From: an uncultured bacterium
GTDB lineage: Bacteria > RBG-13-66-14
Length of the DNA: 43,967 nt
Assembly: GCA_964577465.1 (NCBI GenBank)
Contig: CAZNZF010000003.1
Location: 28,880 to 72,846 of the forward strand
Direction of reading: 5' to 3'
The notes beneath the pieces are model-generated. The model had not been told where the DNA came from. It did not search any database and saw only the letters and a program-made list of their open reading frames with translations. This document shows positions 8,926-18,741 of this stretch, in pieces. The position numbers and the translations under genes were made by a program. Each line of letters opens with the position of its first letter. Position 1 is the first letter of the stretch.

Positions 8926-10809
8926 TCAATCCCAACGGGCGTCGGCCAGCGCCAGCTCCGCCAGGAGGAGGAGGACGACGAGCGCCAGGAGCACGCGCCA
9001 CAGGGGGAATGGACTACCGACGGCCTCCGGGGCCAATCCCTCCGTACTCAGCACCTCGATGGTCGGGCCGAGCCGCCCGTAGTCGCCGGGGTCCAGGACG
9101 GTGAGGTCGCCCTCGCCGGTCGGGGCGTTGACGGCGAACAGCTTTTCGCCCGCGTCCGATTCCAACCTCCAAACTCCGAGACGATTGAGCTCGACGCTCC
9201 AGGGCCCGTCCCCGTTCAGGCCGGTCTGTTCTCCGTCGGGCGCCGTGAGACTCCCCCCGCCCGCAGCCGGGACGGTCAGGACCCGCCCCGCGGTGTACGC
9301 CGCGGGCTCGGTCTCGCCGTAAGCGCAGAACCGGAGCGCCTGGTTGAACAGGGACGGGAAGGCCTCCGTCGCGGCGAAGGTCCCGTCCTGGAGCCGATAG
9401 GGCAGCAGCCACAGGAGCAGCCGTCCATCCGAGAATGGGCGGTAAGCCAGTGCGGGATCGCCGCTCGAGTAGCGCACGAGGACCCGCCACTCGTCGCTCA
9501 GGGCGCAGGCGGCGATGCGGTCGGCGACCGCGCTCCGGGTCAGCTCGCCGAGTGGACCGGCGAGGGGTCGGGTGACCTCGTTCTCGGGAACTTGGCCCAG
9601 CCTGTACCCCGCCGCCGCCTCCCGGCGGACCGCCGACCCGATGCCCGTCCAGGGGGGTAAGTCGAGCCCGTCCTCGGGCGGCACGGCGAGCACCAGGCCG
9701 GCGCCTCTATCCAGCCGGCCCCTCACCAGTGCTTCCTGCTCCGCGCTCAGGGGCCGCTCGGCGTTCCAGAGCAGCACGTCGGCCCCGGCGGCGTCGGTCG
9801 TCCTGACGGCCAGCCCGGGGGCGGTGTCCAGGGCCGTTCCGAGAAGCCCCGCGTCGTCGAGGGTGAAAACGAGCGGCGCCGGATGCACGAGGACCGCCAG
9901 CCGAAACACATCGTCCACCCCGAAGGCGTCGGACGGCTCGGCGGTGAGCTGGACGACCGTCCAGCCGGGCTCGGCGGGAACGAGGCCCATGTCGAACCGA
10001 CCCCCGACCGATCCCCGCGACGACGCCTCCTCGCCGTCGGTGGACAGCCGGTAGTCCCGGGGTGGGCCGGTGACCTCGGCGGTCAGCCCCAGCTCCGCCC
10101 CGGCGAGGGGCAGGGCGTTGAGGGTTGATAGCTCCGTAATGCCCCCGTTCCGGGCCGAGACACCGGCGGGGTAGACCAGGAGGGGGTAGGGGAAGGCCAG
10201 CGGTTCGGTGACGCAGGCGGCGGGGAGGTCGCTGAACAGCGCCGCCAGGCCGTTCCCGCCGGAGGAGTCCAATCGGGAAGCGGCGAGAGCGAGGGCCGAG
10301 GCGAGGTCGGTGCCGCCGAGCCCCGCTTCGACGCCGCCCAGGGCCGCCAACGCCTCGCTCGGCCCCACGGATTCGGCCACGGGGCGCGGGCGGTCGTCGA
10401 AGGCGATTAGGTCCACCGGGGTCCCGGCGGGCAGCAGCTTGAGATACCGGGCGCAGGCGCTCTTGGCCCTTTCGAACCGCTCCCCGCCCGAATCCACGGC
10501 GGTCATGGAGAGCGATTTATCCAGAAGGACGACCACCCTCTCCGGGGCGCCGCCCAGGAGGCCCTCGGGACGGATGACGGGTCCCGCCGCCGCCAGGACG
10601 AGGCACGCCAGGACCAGGATGCGCAACACCAGCAGCAGGATTTCCCGGAGCCGCAGACGACGGGCCTGCTCCGCGGCCGTCTCCCGGACGAGCTGCAGGG
10701 ACGGGAAGCGGCGCCGGTGCCGCCGTCTGCGCTTCCACCAGTACAACAGGAGCGGCAGGAGCGCCGCCGGAAGGGCGGCCAGCAGCCAGGGGGCGGAAAA
10801 TTGCAGCAC
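8926..10809 (-). CDS. BatA-type N-terminal double-TM / VWA domain protein
   Basis: BatA N-terminus (FSAPWLL...FPSLQLV...LLLVLRIL); MIDAS motif DKSLS; C-terminal TM. Confidence 0.85.
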   Translation of the reverse strand: MLQFSAPWLLAALPAALLPLLLYWWKRRRRHRRRFPSLQLVRETAAEQARRLRLREILLLVLRILVLACLVLAAAGPVIRPEGLLGGAPERVVVLLDKSLSMTAVDSGGERFERAKSACARYLKLLPAGTPVDLIAFDDRPRPVAESVGPSEALAALGGVEAGLGGTDLASALALAASRLDSSGGNGLAALFSDLPAACVTEPLAFPYPLLVYPAGVSARNGGITELSTLNALPLAGAELGLTAEVTGPPRDYRLSTDGEEASSRGSVGGRFDMGLVPAEPGWTVVQLTAEPSDAFGVDDVFRLAVLVHPAPLVFTLDDAGLLGTALDTAPGLAVRTTDAAGADVLLWNAERPLSAEQEALVRGRLDRGAGLVLAVPPEDGLDLPPWTGIGSAVRREAAAGYRLGQVPENEVTRPLAGPLGELTRSAVADRIAACALSDEWRVLVRYSSGDPALAYRPFSDGRLLLWLLPYRLQDGTFAATEAFPSLFNQALRFCAYGETEPAAYTAGRVLTVPAAGGGSLTAPDGEQTGLNGDGPWSVELNRLGVWRLESDAGEKLFAVNAPTGEGDLTVLDPGDYGRLGPTIEVLSTEGLAPEAVGSPFPLWRVLLALVVLLLLAELALADARWD

Positions 10810-10811
10810 GG

Positions 10812-11744
10812 CTACCGTCTCATGGTTCTGCGGCCCACCGCGGACACGAGGTCGGCCCTCCGGGAGAGGAAGCGGCGGAGCGGGCCGGTGAAGGGCTCGT
10901 CGGTGGTCAGGCGGAGGTAGTCGATGCCCGCCGAGCGCAGCCGGGCGGAGATTTTTTCGAAATGCTCCCGGGCGCGCCGGCGGTAGCGCAGGGCCAGCGC
11001 CTCGCCGTCCACCGGCAGGCGGCTGGAATCCTCGGCGTCCTCCAGCAGCAGGGCCCCCTTGAAATCGGGCTCCAGCTCGTCGGGGTCCAGGACGTGCAGG
11101 CAGAGTAATTCGTGCTTGCGGGCGGCCAGCGCGACCAGGGAGGTCCCCAGTACGTCGGGGTCGCCCCAGAGGTCGGAGATGACCACGAAGAGGCCGCGGC
11201 GGGTGGTCCGGGCGGCGAGCTCCCGGGCCAGGGCGGCGAAATCGGTCTGACCGCCCGTTTTCAGCTCACCCAGGGCGGCCAGGACGATGGAAAGCTGTAG
11301 CGGTCCCCTTCGCGGCGGCAGGTAGGGCTCGATTCCTTCGCCGAAGCCGGCCAGCGCCAGGCCGTCCCCCTGGCGGACGACGATGTAGGCCAGGGCGGCC
11401 GCCAGGCTCACCGCGTAGCCCAGCTTCGTCACGCCCCGCGAGCGCCCGCCGGCGTAATCCATCGAGGCCGAGGTGTCCACCGCCAGCCAGCAGCGCAGGT
11501 CGGCCTCCTGCCGGAAATTCTTCACGTACAGCCGGTCGGTTTTGGCCCAGACGCGCCAGTCCACCAGGCGCGGCTCGTCGCCGGGTCGGTAGGGGCGATG
11601 CTCGACAAACTCCTGGGCCACCCCGCGCAGCGGCGAGCGGTGCAGGCCGGCCAGCAGGCCCTCCACCACCAGGCGCGCCCGAAGGCGGAGGTCCCCGATT
11701 TCGGCCACGGCCGCCGGCTCGAGCGGGTTGAACGCCTCGACCAT
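10812..11744 (-). CDS. DUF58 family protein
   Basis: GLHRS...EFVEHRPYRPGDEPRLVDWRVWAKTDRLYVK; DTSASM; VISD. Confidence 0.92.
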   Translation of the reverse strand: MVEAFNPLEPAAVAEIGDLRLRARLVVEGLLAGLHRSPLRGVAQEFVEHRPYRPGDEPRLVDWRVWAKTDRLYVKNFRQEADLRCWLAVDTSASMDYAGGRSRGVTKLGYAVSLAAALAYIVVRQGDGLALAGFGEGIEPYLPPRRGPLQLSIVLAALGELKTGGQTDFAALARELAARTTRRGLFVVISDLWGDPDVLGTSLVALAARKHELLCLHVLDPDELEPDFKGALLLEDAEDSSRLPVDGEALALRYRRRAREHFEKISARLRSAGIDYLRLTTDEPFTGPLRRFLSRRADLVSAVGRRTMRR

Positions 11745-11812
11745 CCCATCCTTTTAATTCGACATAAATCCGCAAACGCGCCCGGCGCCATCGGTCCCGG
11801 GACCGGGCTAAT

Positions 11813-13654
11813 TCAACGAGTCACGGCCAGGCGCGTGGTGACGGCTTCACCATCGGCGACGAGGCGTACCAGGTACACGCCCGACGGCAAATCGGACGTG
11901 TCCAGGGCGAGGGAATGGCGGCCTCCCGGCAGGGACGCGTCCAGCGGCGTCGCCACCCGGCGCCCCGCCAGGTCGTAGAGGCCGACGGTCACCCGGGCCT
12001 CCCCCGGCAGGTTGAAGGAAACGGCCGCCGCAATCCCCGCCGGGTTGGGATAGGGCGCCGCGAGCCACAGCCCATCCCCGTCCGGGCCGTACTCCACCTC
12101 GACGGGGCCCGCTTCGACGTACACCCCGGCCTCATCGTAGGCGCGCAGGGTGTAGGCGTAGGTCCCGGCGGAGCCCAATCCCGTGTCCAGATAGGCGCCC
12201 CAGGCCGGGAGCGGTGAATCCGCGAGCGGTTCCCCGTCCCGCGCGATTTCAACCCCTACGGCCCCTTCCGCGCACCAGCGCACGAGTACCCCTTCATCCG
12301 CCGACTCGGCCTCGAAGGAGACGACCGCGACGTCGGACTCCGGGTCCACATAGGCGGCGAAGACGTCCCCGCCGGAGCCCATCTGGTTGGCGTGCACCCC
12401 CTTGCCGGCGCTGGCCACGTACTCCCCCCCGGGGGAGATGTCCACCCCGAAGACGGACCCCGGCGTGTAGTAGCCGAACCACAGGCCGTCGGGCTTGGAA
12501 TCCCGCAGAATCTGCACCTCGGGGTTGGCCTTGGTCTGGTCGCCCCAGTACCCGACGCAAATCCATTCGCCGTCCCCGGAGAGCTCGATCCAGGCGGGGA
12601 CGTCCTGGTAACCGCCGCCGCCGGGATGGGTCTCGTACACCCACAGCGGTTCGGGGCCGTCGGAGACGTTGAAGCGGGTGACCCAGTTCTGGAGGTAGGT
12701 GGTCGAGTACCAGACCAGGACGATTTCCTCGTCGTCCGCGGCCACGTCGGCCACCCCCGCGTAGTTGGAACCGGGGTGGGCGTAGTACCACAGGTGCTCG
12801 TACTCGCTGCCGTTCCACCCCAGGACGTTCATCCCACCGAAGCCGTACACGACGATGGAGCCATCGGGGCTGACTCCGAGGCAGTCCGTGGAGGCGCCCA
12901 GGTCGTAGGAATCCTCGAGGGCGGCCGTGGCCACGTCTACGCGGTAGCAGACGGCGTTGGCCCGGAAGATGCACTTGGAGCCGTCGGCGGTCAGGCGAAG
13001 CTGCCGGGGGTTGTAGGGAATCCCCTCGTCCTCGTAGACGGCGAAGGGCTCCGGGGAATTTTTCGAGAAGAACATCACCGCCAGGGAATCGCCGTCGTTG
13101 CCCCCCACGGCCAGGACACCCCCGTCGGCGGAGCAGGCGACGCGCCCCGGCTTGTCGACGCCGTAGGGGGCGTAGCCCGCATATTGTCCGTCCCAGGTCC
13201 AGTCCGGCTCGGGGGAGGAGGCGTGGAACCTGAACACCTCGAAGCTGCCGTCGCGGTCGTCGTACCAGACGCCGTAGAACACGTCGGCGTCCTCGGCCGC
13301 CGCCACCCCGAATTCGCGCTCCCGGTCGAATTCCCACAGCGGGGTCCCGTCGCCCTGCATCTCGAACATCTTCCCCCCGCCGTACCAGCCGCCGCTCCAC
13401 ACGTACCCGTCGTCGAAGCCGATGGCGACGCAGTTGCGCTGCGGCCCACCGTCGTCGATGTGGTACTGCCAGAGCACGTCGCAATCGGGCGGCGGCGGGA
13501 TGGGGCACACCGCCGCGGAGGGCGAGACGCGGGTATCGTAACCGAGCTGCGCCACGGTCCCGTCCCCGCCGGTCACTAGGACCGTGTCGGTGTCGGTCAC
13601 GCCGGCCGCCGCCAGCACCGGCAGCAGAAAAATCAACCCTGTCGCTCTTTTCAT
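11813..13654 (-). CDS. Secreted beta-propeller protein with T9SS type-A-like C-terminal domain
   Basis: Start at ATG 13654 after GGAGGT; signal peptide; WD40/PQQ-like blades (SPDGS, SGDGEW, SPGGEY); C-terminal PYPNP...YDLAGRRV...SGVYLVRL. Confidence 0.8.
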   Translation of the reverse strand: MKRATGLIFLLPVLAAAGVTDTDTVLVTGGDGTVAQLGYDTRVSPSAAVCPIPPPPDCDVLWQYHIDDGGPQRNCVAIGFDDGYVWSGGWYGGGKMFEMQGDGTPLWEFDREREFGVAAAEDADVFYGVWYDDRDGSFEVFRFHASSPEPDWTWDGQYAGYAPYGVDKPGRVACSADGGVLAVGGNDGDSLAVMFFSKNSPEPFAVYEDEGIPYNPRQLRLTADGSKCIFRANAVCYRVDVATAALEDSYDLGASTDCLGVSPDGSIVVYGFGGMNVLGWNGSEYEHLWYYAHPGSNYAGVADVAADDEEIVLVWYSTTYLQNWVTRFNVSDGPEPLWVYETHPGGGGYQDVPAWIELSGDGEWICVGYWGDQTKANPEVQILRDSKPDGLWFGYYTPGSVFGVDISPGGEYVASAGKGVHANQMGSGGDVFAAYVDPESDVAVVSFEAESADEGVLVRWCAEGAVGVEIARDGEPLADSPLPAWGAYLDTGLGSAGTYAYTLRAYDEAGVYVEAGPVEVEYGPDGDGLWLAAPYPNPAGIAAAVSFNLPGEARVTVGLYDLAGRRVATPLDASLPGGRHSLALDTSDLPSGVYLVRLVADGEAVTTRLAVTR

Positions 13655-13678
13655 CGGCACCTCCGGTAGGCTGCGATG

Positions 13679-13707
13679 ATTATAGGCGACCCCCGCCCCA
13701 CGGTCAA
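13679..13707 (-). promoter_or_regulatory. sigma70 promoter
   Basis: TTGACC (13702-13707), 17 nt, TATAAT (13679-13684). Confidence 0.75.
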
Positions 13708-13762
13708 TCGCACGAAAAGGGGGGAAAGCCGACCGTCGCTACGGTGTAACTGGGGTTGCGTG

Positions 13763-13791
13763 AAGGCCGGAGGAAAATCCGCTCCGGCCTT
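13763..13791. terminator. Hairpin downstream of the NHL gene (possible terminator)
   Basis: AAGGCCGGAG / CTCCGGCCTT 10-bp stem; weak U-tract. Confidence 0.45.
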
Positions 13792-13816
13792 GTCCCACGC
13801 TTTTTCAGGGGTTTAT

Positions 13817-14809
13817 CTACCGCTGTACGAACACCTGGACCTGGTGGTTCGACGTGTCCACTATGTAGACGCCGCCCTGGGAGTCGACGACGACGTCCTG
13901 GGGCTGGTTGAACTCGCCCTCGGCGTCTCCCTCGACGCCGAACTTGAGCTCGTAAGCTCCATCGGCGTCGAACCGCTGAACACGGTCGTTGTTGGTGTCG
14001 GCGACGAAAACCTCATCGTCGCCCGAGACCGCGACGCCCTGCGGATAGCGGAAATCGCCGTTTTCCTCGCCCAGCCCGCCCCACGCGGTCAGATACGTTC
14101 CGTCGGAGGCGAACTTCTGGATGCGGCAATTCATCAGGTCCGCCACGTAGATGTTGTCCGCGGAGTCGACGGCCACGGCCGCGGGCCGGTCGAACTCTCC
14201 GTCGCCATCGCCCTTGGTTCCCCAGGAGGAGATGAAGCCGCCCTCCGTGTCGAAGATCTGGATACGATGGTTGTAAGTGTCGGCGACGATGACCCGAGCC
14301 TGGGAATCCACGGCAATCCCGAAGGGACGGTCGAACTCGCCGTCGCCCAGGCCCGATCCCCCCCAAGCCCTGAGGAACGTCCCGGCGGTGTCGAAGACCT
14401 GGATGCGGTCGTTAAAGGTGTCCACGACGTAAACGTCGTTGCCGCCGTCGAGCGCGACGTCGTTGGGGTACAGGAACTCGCCGTCCCCGGTGCCGAGGCT
14501 TCCCCAGGTCAGAAGGAAGGCTCCCTCCGAGTCGAAGACCTGTATCCGGTTGTTCTCCACATCCGCGACGTAGACGTTCGTCTGGTCATCGAGCGCGATG
14601 CCGCGCGGGCTTTGGAACTGCCCCTCCCCCTCCCCCTCGCCCCCCCAGGCGAAGGAGAACTCATAACCTTTATCGCCGGGGCCCGTTCCCGTGTCACAAT
14701 AAACCGACAGAAGGGAGAGAACGGCCAGGCAGGCCAATAGAACCTTTGCGTTTTCCCTTCGGGCGCAGTTACGCCGGGGGGTTACTCGGTTCGTTTCGTT
14801 TCTACCCAT
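13817..14809 (-). CDS. NHL-repeat six-bladed beta-propeller, probable lipoprotein
   Basis: Six repeats of GxGDGEFxxPxGxAxDxxxxxYVADTxNxRIQxF; hydrophobic stretch ending LSVYC. Confidence 0.9.
   Translation of the reverse strand: MGRNETNRVTPRRNCARRENAKVLLACLAVLSLLSVYCDTGTGPGDKGYEFSFAWGGEGEGEGQFQSPRGIALDDQTNVYVADVENNRIQVFDSEGAFLLTWGSLGTGDGEFLYPNDVALDGGNDVYVVDTFNDRIQVFDTAGTFLRAWGGSGLGDGEFDRPFGIAVDSQARVIVADTYNHRIQIFDTEGGFISSWGTKGDGDGEFDRPAAVAVDSADNIYVADLMNCRIQKFASDGTYLTAWGGLGEENGDFRYPQGVAVSGDDEVFVADTNNDRVQRFDADGAYELKFGVEGDAEGEFNQPQDVVVDSQGGVYIVDTSNHQVQVFVQR
14764..14800 (-). repeat. Degenerate mini-insertion copy E in the NHL gene 5' end
   Basis: CGCAGTTACGCC is identical to 28229-28240; the segment from 14773 matches the 30-nt unit at about 22/29 with one gap. 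Confidence 0.55.
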
Positions 14810-14836
14810 GTCCCACCTTTTAAGTGCGGGTTATCG

Positions 14837-17545
14837 TCAACGGGCGATGACCAGTCTCTTGACGGTGGCGAAATCACCGGCCTGGAAACGGTAGAAATAA
14901 ACACCGCTGGGGAGTGGGGTTCCGCCGGCGTCACGGCCGATCCAGACGACTTCGTGCTCGCCCGCTTCGATGTAGCCGTCCACCAGTGTATCCACCAAAC
15001 GCCCCGCGAGGTTGTAGACGCTCAACCGGATGTATCCACTCTCGGGCAGGCTGTAGCGGATGGTGGACTGGACGGCGAAGGGGTTCGGGAAGTTCTGGGC
15101 CAGGGCGTACCGGCTCGGACGGGCCTCCCGGCCGGCCACGGCGCTGATGGGACCGTAGTCGGAAACAGAGTCTGTTAAAACCGCCTGCAGCTTATACTCG
15201 TAGGTCTCACCGTCCCTCACACCGGTATCGGTATAGGCGAGAGGCGGATCACCGATGAGCAGGAGGTCGTTGAGCTTCATCCAACCCGCCTGGGTGGTCG
15301 ACGGCGAAGAGGCCGCGACCCGGTCGCCGATACCGATCACGGCCCCGCGACCATTCTGGCGACGGTAGAGGTTCCAGCCCTTCAGGTCCTCAACGGTATC
15401 GGCGGTGTCCCAGTAAAGTTCGACGCCCTCCTCGACGACGCGGGCGTAAAAATCCGTCAGTTCGATGTCCAGTGCATCCTGATCAATGTAGAGACGGACG
15501 GTGACGTCCCCGACCTGGGCGCAGTTGACCTGATCGGTGTTGGAAAAAACCAGATACCACTCGTCGTTGTCGGGAAGCATGAAGGTCAGCGAGCCGGAGC
15601 CGGAATCCTCGGTCACCCCGTAAGCCTCGAAGGGCTCGCCGGAGACGAAGGACTGGTAGTTTGCCTCGTCGCAGAAGAAGAGCTCGAGGTTGCCCGTATC
15701 CGTGCTGTTATAGGTGTAGGTGGTGCCGTAAACGCACTCGCCGAACTTGTACTCCCAGGGCAGCGCGTAATCCACCTCGAGCTTGTACTGGTTGGCGGGG
15801 TTCGACGGGGGGTCCGCCTCGCTCACCGGCAACAGCGGCATGGTCCCGCCGTTCTCCAGCTTCACGTCCAGCTCATAGTGCTCCCCCGCCTGGGCGTTGT
15901 TAATGACCTGCATCGTGCCGCTGCCCTGGGGGTAGCCGCCGCCGAGCTCGGCCGAAAAAACCTTGAGGTAGTAATCCCTGCCCTGTGCGGGCCCGTAGCC
16001 GGGGTCATCGTCGCCGAGGACGAAAAAGGCATGGCCGGTCGAATCGGTGGTATCCCAGGCCGTCCAGCCCATGCCCCCGTACAGGCCGTCCGTGGCTATC
16101 TTGCAGAAGGCGCCGTCGACCAGGTTGCCGTCCAGGTCCCGCACGACCAGGTCCAGGGTGCAGTACTCCGAGTACCGGTCGATCACCTGGTAGTTGTAGT
16201 GGTCGTTGCGCCAGTCCCAGATGCCGGACACCTCCTTGCCGCCGCCCGAATCGGGGTCGTAGCAGATGCCGTAGTTGTCTATGTGTGTCGGACCGGGGGA
16301 GGGCGGAGAGCCGGAGGGGGCCCCCCAGCTCACCTGATACGGGTGCCAGCCTTCGTCCCAGAACTCGCACCACACGTGGTCCTCGACGATGTCCATCGCC
16401 GAGATACACGGGATGAGGGCGGTCCGCGTGCCGGCGCACAGCAGGTCCTGAAGCTCGCCGCAGTTGCCGTTGTGGTCGGTGATGATGAGGTTCGGCTGGA
16501 TGGGCCGCGGGTTCGAGGCCTGGTTGGCGACGTGGCGCGACACCCAGTTACCGATGACGTCCAGCGCCATGTCGTCGTCCGAGAAGGGCCGACCGCCGTC
16601 CAGGGTGTCGTGCTCCTCGCGGTCCCAGACGACTTCCGTCTCCCTGAGCAGGTCGAAGAGCTCGCGGTTCAGGTAGTCGGGATGGGTGTAGTCGAAGAGG
16701 AACTCACGCCAGAACTCGTTGTAGACCTCTTCGTCCATCTTGGGCGCCTCGTCGGAGCACTTGGGATGAACGATGTACCAGTAGTAAATCTCCCGCGGCA
16801 TCTCGACCCAGGTCTTGACGCCCCCGTCTTCCACGCAGTACTCGACGGTGGAGTAGTAGTCACCCGGGGGAGCGCCGTGGTCCACGATGTTCACGTAGTT
16901 CAGCTTCTCGTCGTTGGTGTAGCACTGCCGGGCGTTTACCTCCAACAGGGCCTCGTCGAGTGGGATGAAGTTGAAGTAGGAGATGTGGGCCACCTGGAAG
17001 GCGACTTCGTCCACGTAGGGGGGGCTCGCCGAGAGGATGGCCTGAGCCGCCCTGTCCTGGATGGATGGGCCGAATCGGCCGAGATTGGTTGCAAGATCGT
17101 CGTAAAGCCAGTCCGGCGCGTAATCGAGCGCCTGGTGGGCCAGCTCGGTCAACGGGTCCTCCGGCGGCACATCGACCAGGGATTCACTCGCCCGATCGAA
17201 GTACAGAGCGAAGTACTCCGACTCCGGCACCATCTGCCGCCCGTGGTAGACGTCGATGAGCTGCCAGTCGTAGGTCGGCTCCATCTCAGGCGATAGGACG
17301 CCCTCTCCCTCCGAGGTTTCCTCCCGGAAAGCAAAAGGGGCGAGCCCCTTCACGCCGGTTATTAAAATGCCGGTGGTGGCCAGGTCGATCCCGACGCAGG
17401 CGCCCGGCCCCTCGACCCCGTCGGGTAGAACGGTGGTGCATCCGACATCCGTCGGAACATCCTCAGCCGCAGAAAGAAAGGGAGAGGCCGCAAGGACAAC
17501 GATACAGACGGCCAACCGGTTGAATCCGCTTCTTCTCCGGATCAT
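14837..17545 (-). CDS. Secreted transglutaminase-like (Cys-His) protein with FlgD-Ig/T9SS-like C-terminal domain
   Basis: Signal peptide; GNCGE...DHVWCEFW core; C-terminal QNFPNPF...YNLAGRLV...W.GRD..G..LPSGVYFYR. Confidence 0.8.
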   Translation of the reverse strand: MIRRRSGFNRLAVCIVVLAASPFLSAAEDVPTDVGCTTVLPDGVEGPGACVGIDLATTGILITGVKGLAPFAFREETSEGEGVLSPEMEPTYDWQLIDVYHGRQMVPESEYFALYFDRASESLVDVPPEDPLTELAHQALDYAPDWLYDDLATNLGRFGPSIQDRAAQAILSASPPYVDEVAFQVAHISYFNFIPLDEALLEVNARQCYTNDEKLNYVNIVDHGAPPGDYYSTVEYCVEDGGVKTWVEMPREIYYWYIVHPKCSDEAPKMDEEVYNEFWREFLFDYTHPDYLNRELFDLLRETEVVWDREEHDTLDGGRPFSDDDMALDVIGNWVSRHVANQASNPRPIQPNLIITDHNGNCGELQDLLCAGTRTALIPCISAMDIVEDHVWCEFWDEGWHPYQVSWGAPSGSPPSPGPTHIDNYGICYDPDSGGGKEVSGIWDWRNDHYNYQVIDRYSEYCTLDLVVRDLDGNLVDGAFCKIATDGLYGGMGWTAWDTTDSTGHAFFVLGDDDPGYGPAQGRDYYLKVFSAELGGGYPQGSGTMQVINNAQAGEHYELDVKLENGGTMPLLPVSEADPPSNPANQYKLEVDYALPWEYKFGECVYGTTYTYNSTDTGNLELFFCDEANYQSFVSGEPFEAYGVTEDSGSGSLTFMLPDNDEWYLVFSNTDQVNCAQVGDVTVRLYIDQDALDIELTDFYARVVEEGVELYWDTADTVEDLKGWNLYRRQNGRGAVIGIGDRVAASSPSTTQAGWMKLNDLLLIGDPPLAYTDTGVRDGETYEYKLQAVLTDSVSDYGPISAVAGREARPSRYALAQNFPNPFAVQSTIRYSLPESGYIRLSVYNLAGRLVDTLVDGYIEAGEHEVVWIGRDAGGTPLPSGVYFYRFQAGDFATVKRLVIAR

Positions 17546-17589
17546 CGCTCCAACCTCCCAGGTATAAAATCTTTTACCCCAACCACCAT

Positions 17590-17618
17590 ACGATAATAAA
17601 AGTCGCCAACTTTATCAA
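17590..17618 (-). promoter_or_regulatory. sigma70-type promoter
   Basis: TTGATA (17613-17618), 17 nt, TATCGT (17590-17595) in an AT-rich intergenic region. Confidence 0.55.
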
Positions 17619-17701
17619 TCCCATAAATTCCCCCGCCGGTAGTTGACCGCACTTCCCCCTTGTCCCTCCCTTTAGGCGGTGGGCTCGCCCGCGTTCGGGC
17701 G

Positions 17702-17731
17702 AAAAAAAAGGGCGGTCCGCACCGACCGCCC
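17702..17731 (-). terminator. Intrinsic terminator after lptC
   Basis: GGGCGGTC / GACCGCCC stem followed by T8 on the minus strand. Confidence 0.8.
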
Positions 17732-17754
17732 CCGAAGTCCCCTTTGATTGCGAG

Positions 17755-18288
17755 CTAGAACACCTCGCCCCCGAGCTCCTCGGGCGGGACAGTGCCCCGG
17801 GGATGACGGATTTTCCAGTCGGTGAGGTCGGCGTCGGACTCGAAGCCCGAGCCGGTGAGGGAAAGTCCCGCCTTCTCGTAGCTCACGGCCCGCTCGGTGA
17901 ACAGGCGCTGCTGGCGGTTGTCCCACCCGAGCACCTCGGTCCTCAACGTGGCCCCGGCGTCGGAAACGACCACCACGCCGGTCCGGGCCTCCATGTCGTT
18001 GGTCAGCAGGTTGACCGTGCCCTCCTCGGCGTTGAGGACGGCCACGTGCCCGCCGTTCTTGTAAAAATCCACCCGGGGGTGCCTGGCCACCGCCTGATGC
18101 GTGTCGTCCCAGACGAGGGCCAGCTCGGCCACCAGCTCCCAGGTGAGCTCGCCGCCCTCGCTCTGCCGGAGGGTGAACTTCTCTATCTCCTGGTCGGGGT
18201 CCCCCTCCACCGGGACGAAGTCCACCGGGCGCTCCTCCCCGCAGGCCAGGAGCAAAAGGGCGAAGAGCGATATCAGGATTCTTTTCAT
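17755..18288 (-). CDS. lptC: LPS export periplasmic protein LptC (lipoprotein type)
   Basis: MKRILISLFALLLLAC; PDQEI.KFTL...G.L.WEL.A, VDFY, L.TE.L.WD, L.G.GFESD motifs; ATGA overlap with the upstream gene. Confidence 0.8.
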   Translation of the reverse strand: MKRILISLFALLLLACGEERPVDFVPVEGDPDQEIEKFTLRQSEGGELTWELVAELALVWDDTHQAVARHPRVDFYKNGGHVAVLNAEEGTVNLLTNDMEARTGVVVVSDAGATLRTEVLGWDNRQQRLFTERAVSYEKAGLSLTGSGFESDADLTDWKIRHPRGTVPPEELGGEVF

Positions 18289-18728
18289 GTCCCTCGCGTC
18301 GTATCGAATACGTCGGTCAGAAGCCTCCAGCCGTCCTCGCGCCACACCGCCCGTCGGGTTTCCTCCTCGACCGCGCCGTCAGCGTAATGGAAAACGAGCT
18401 GCATCTCGACGCATTCCGCGGTCAGCTTGAACCCAACCATCTGCACCGTGAGCGCCAGCTCCCCGGCCTCCCGGGCGGCACGGACCCGCTCGTTATCCAT
18501 CGCGGCGGCGGCCTCCACCCTCGCCGCGGCAACCTCCTCCGCGGTGAGTTGGTCCCAGGCCGGCGTCCAGTACAGCTCGAGGAGCAGGTCCGCGTCGGCG
18601 GTGCCCAGCGCGTAACCGAGGGATTCGACGAGCTGCTCGACGGACTGGGGGTCGGCGGTAATCGGCTGGGGCGCCGTCGCCGAGGTGACGGCGTCGACGA
18701 CCAGGAGGCAGGTCAAGGGGAAGCTCAT
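18285..18728 (-). CDS. Hypothetical protein (NTF2/SnoaL-like pattern)
   Basis: GGAGG RBS before ATG 18728; coding-like 3' part of ORF 18285..19064; ends with the W.EDGWRL motif; coupled to lptC. Confidence 0.6.
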   Translation of the reverse strand: MSFPLTCLLVVDAVTSATAPQPITADPQSVEQLVESLGYALGTADADLLLELYWTPAWDQLTAEEVAAARVEAAAAMDNERVRAAREAGELALTVQMVGFKLTAECVEMQLVFHYADGAVEEETRRAVWREDGWRLLTDVFDTTRGT

Positions 18729-18741
18729 CCAACCTCCCGAG

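Noticed and set aside
7552-9660. Long plus-strand ORFs (e.g. 7552..9660, 15878..17296, 33355..34656, 36476..38068)
   Set aside because: Antisense shadows of well-supported minus-strand genes; expected at high GC; no recognisable motifs
13817-14660. Periodic nucleotide repeats in the NHL gene (also the FG-GAP repeats at 28500-29400)
   Set aside because: Explained by protein beta-propeller repeats
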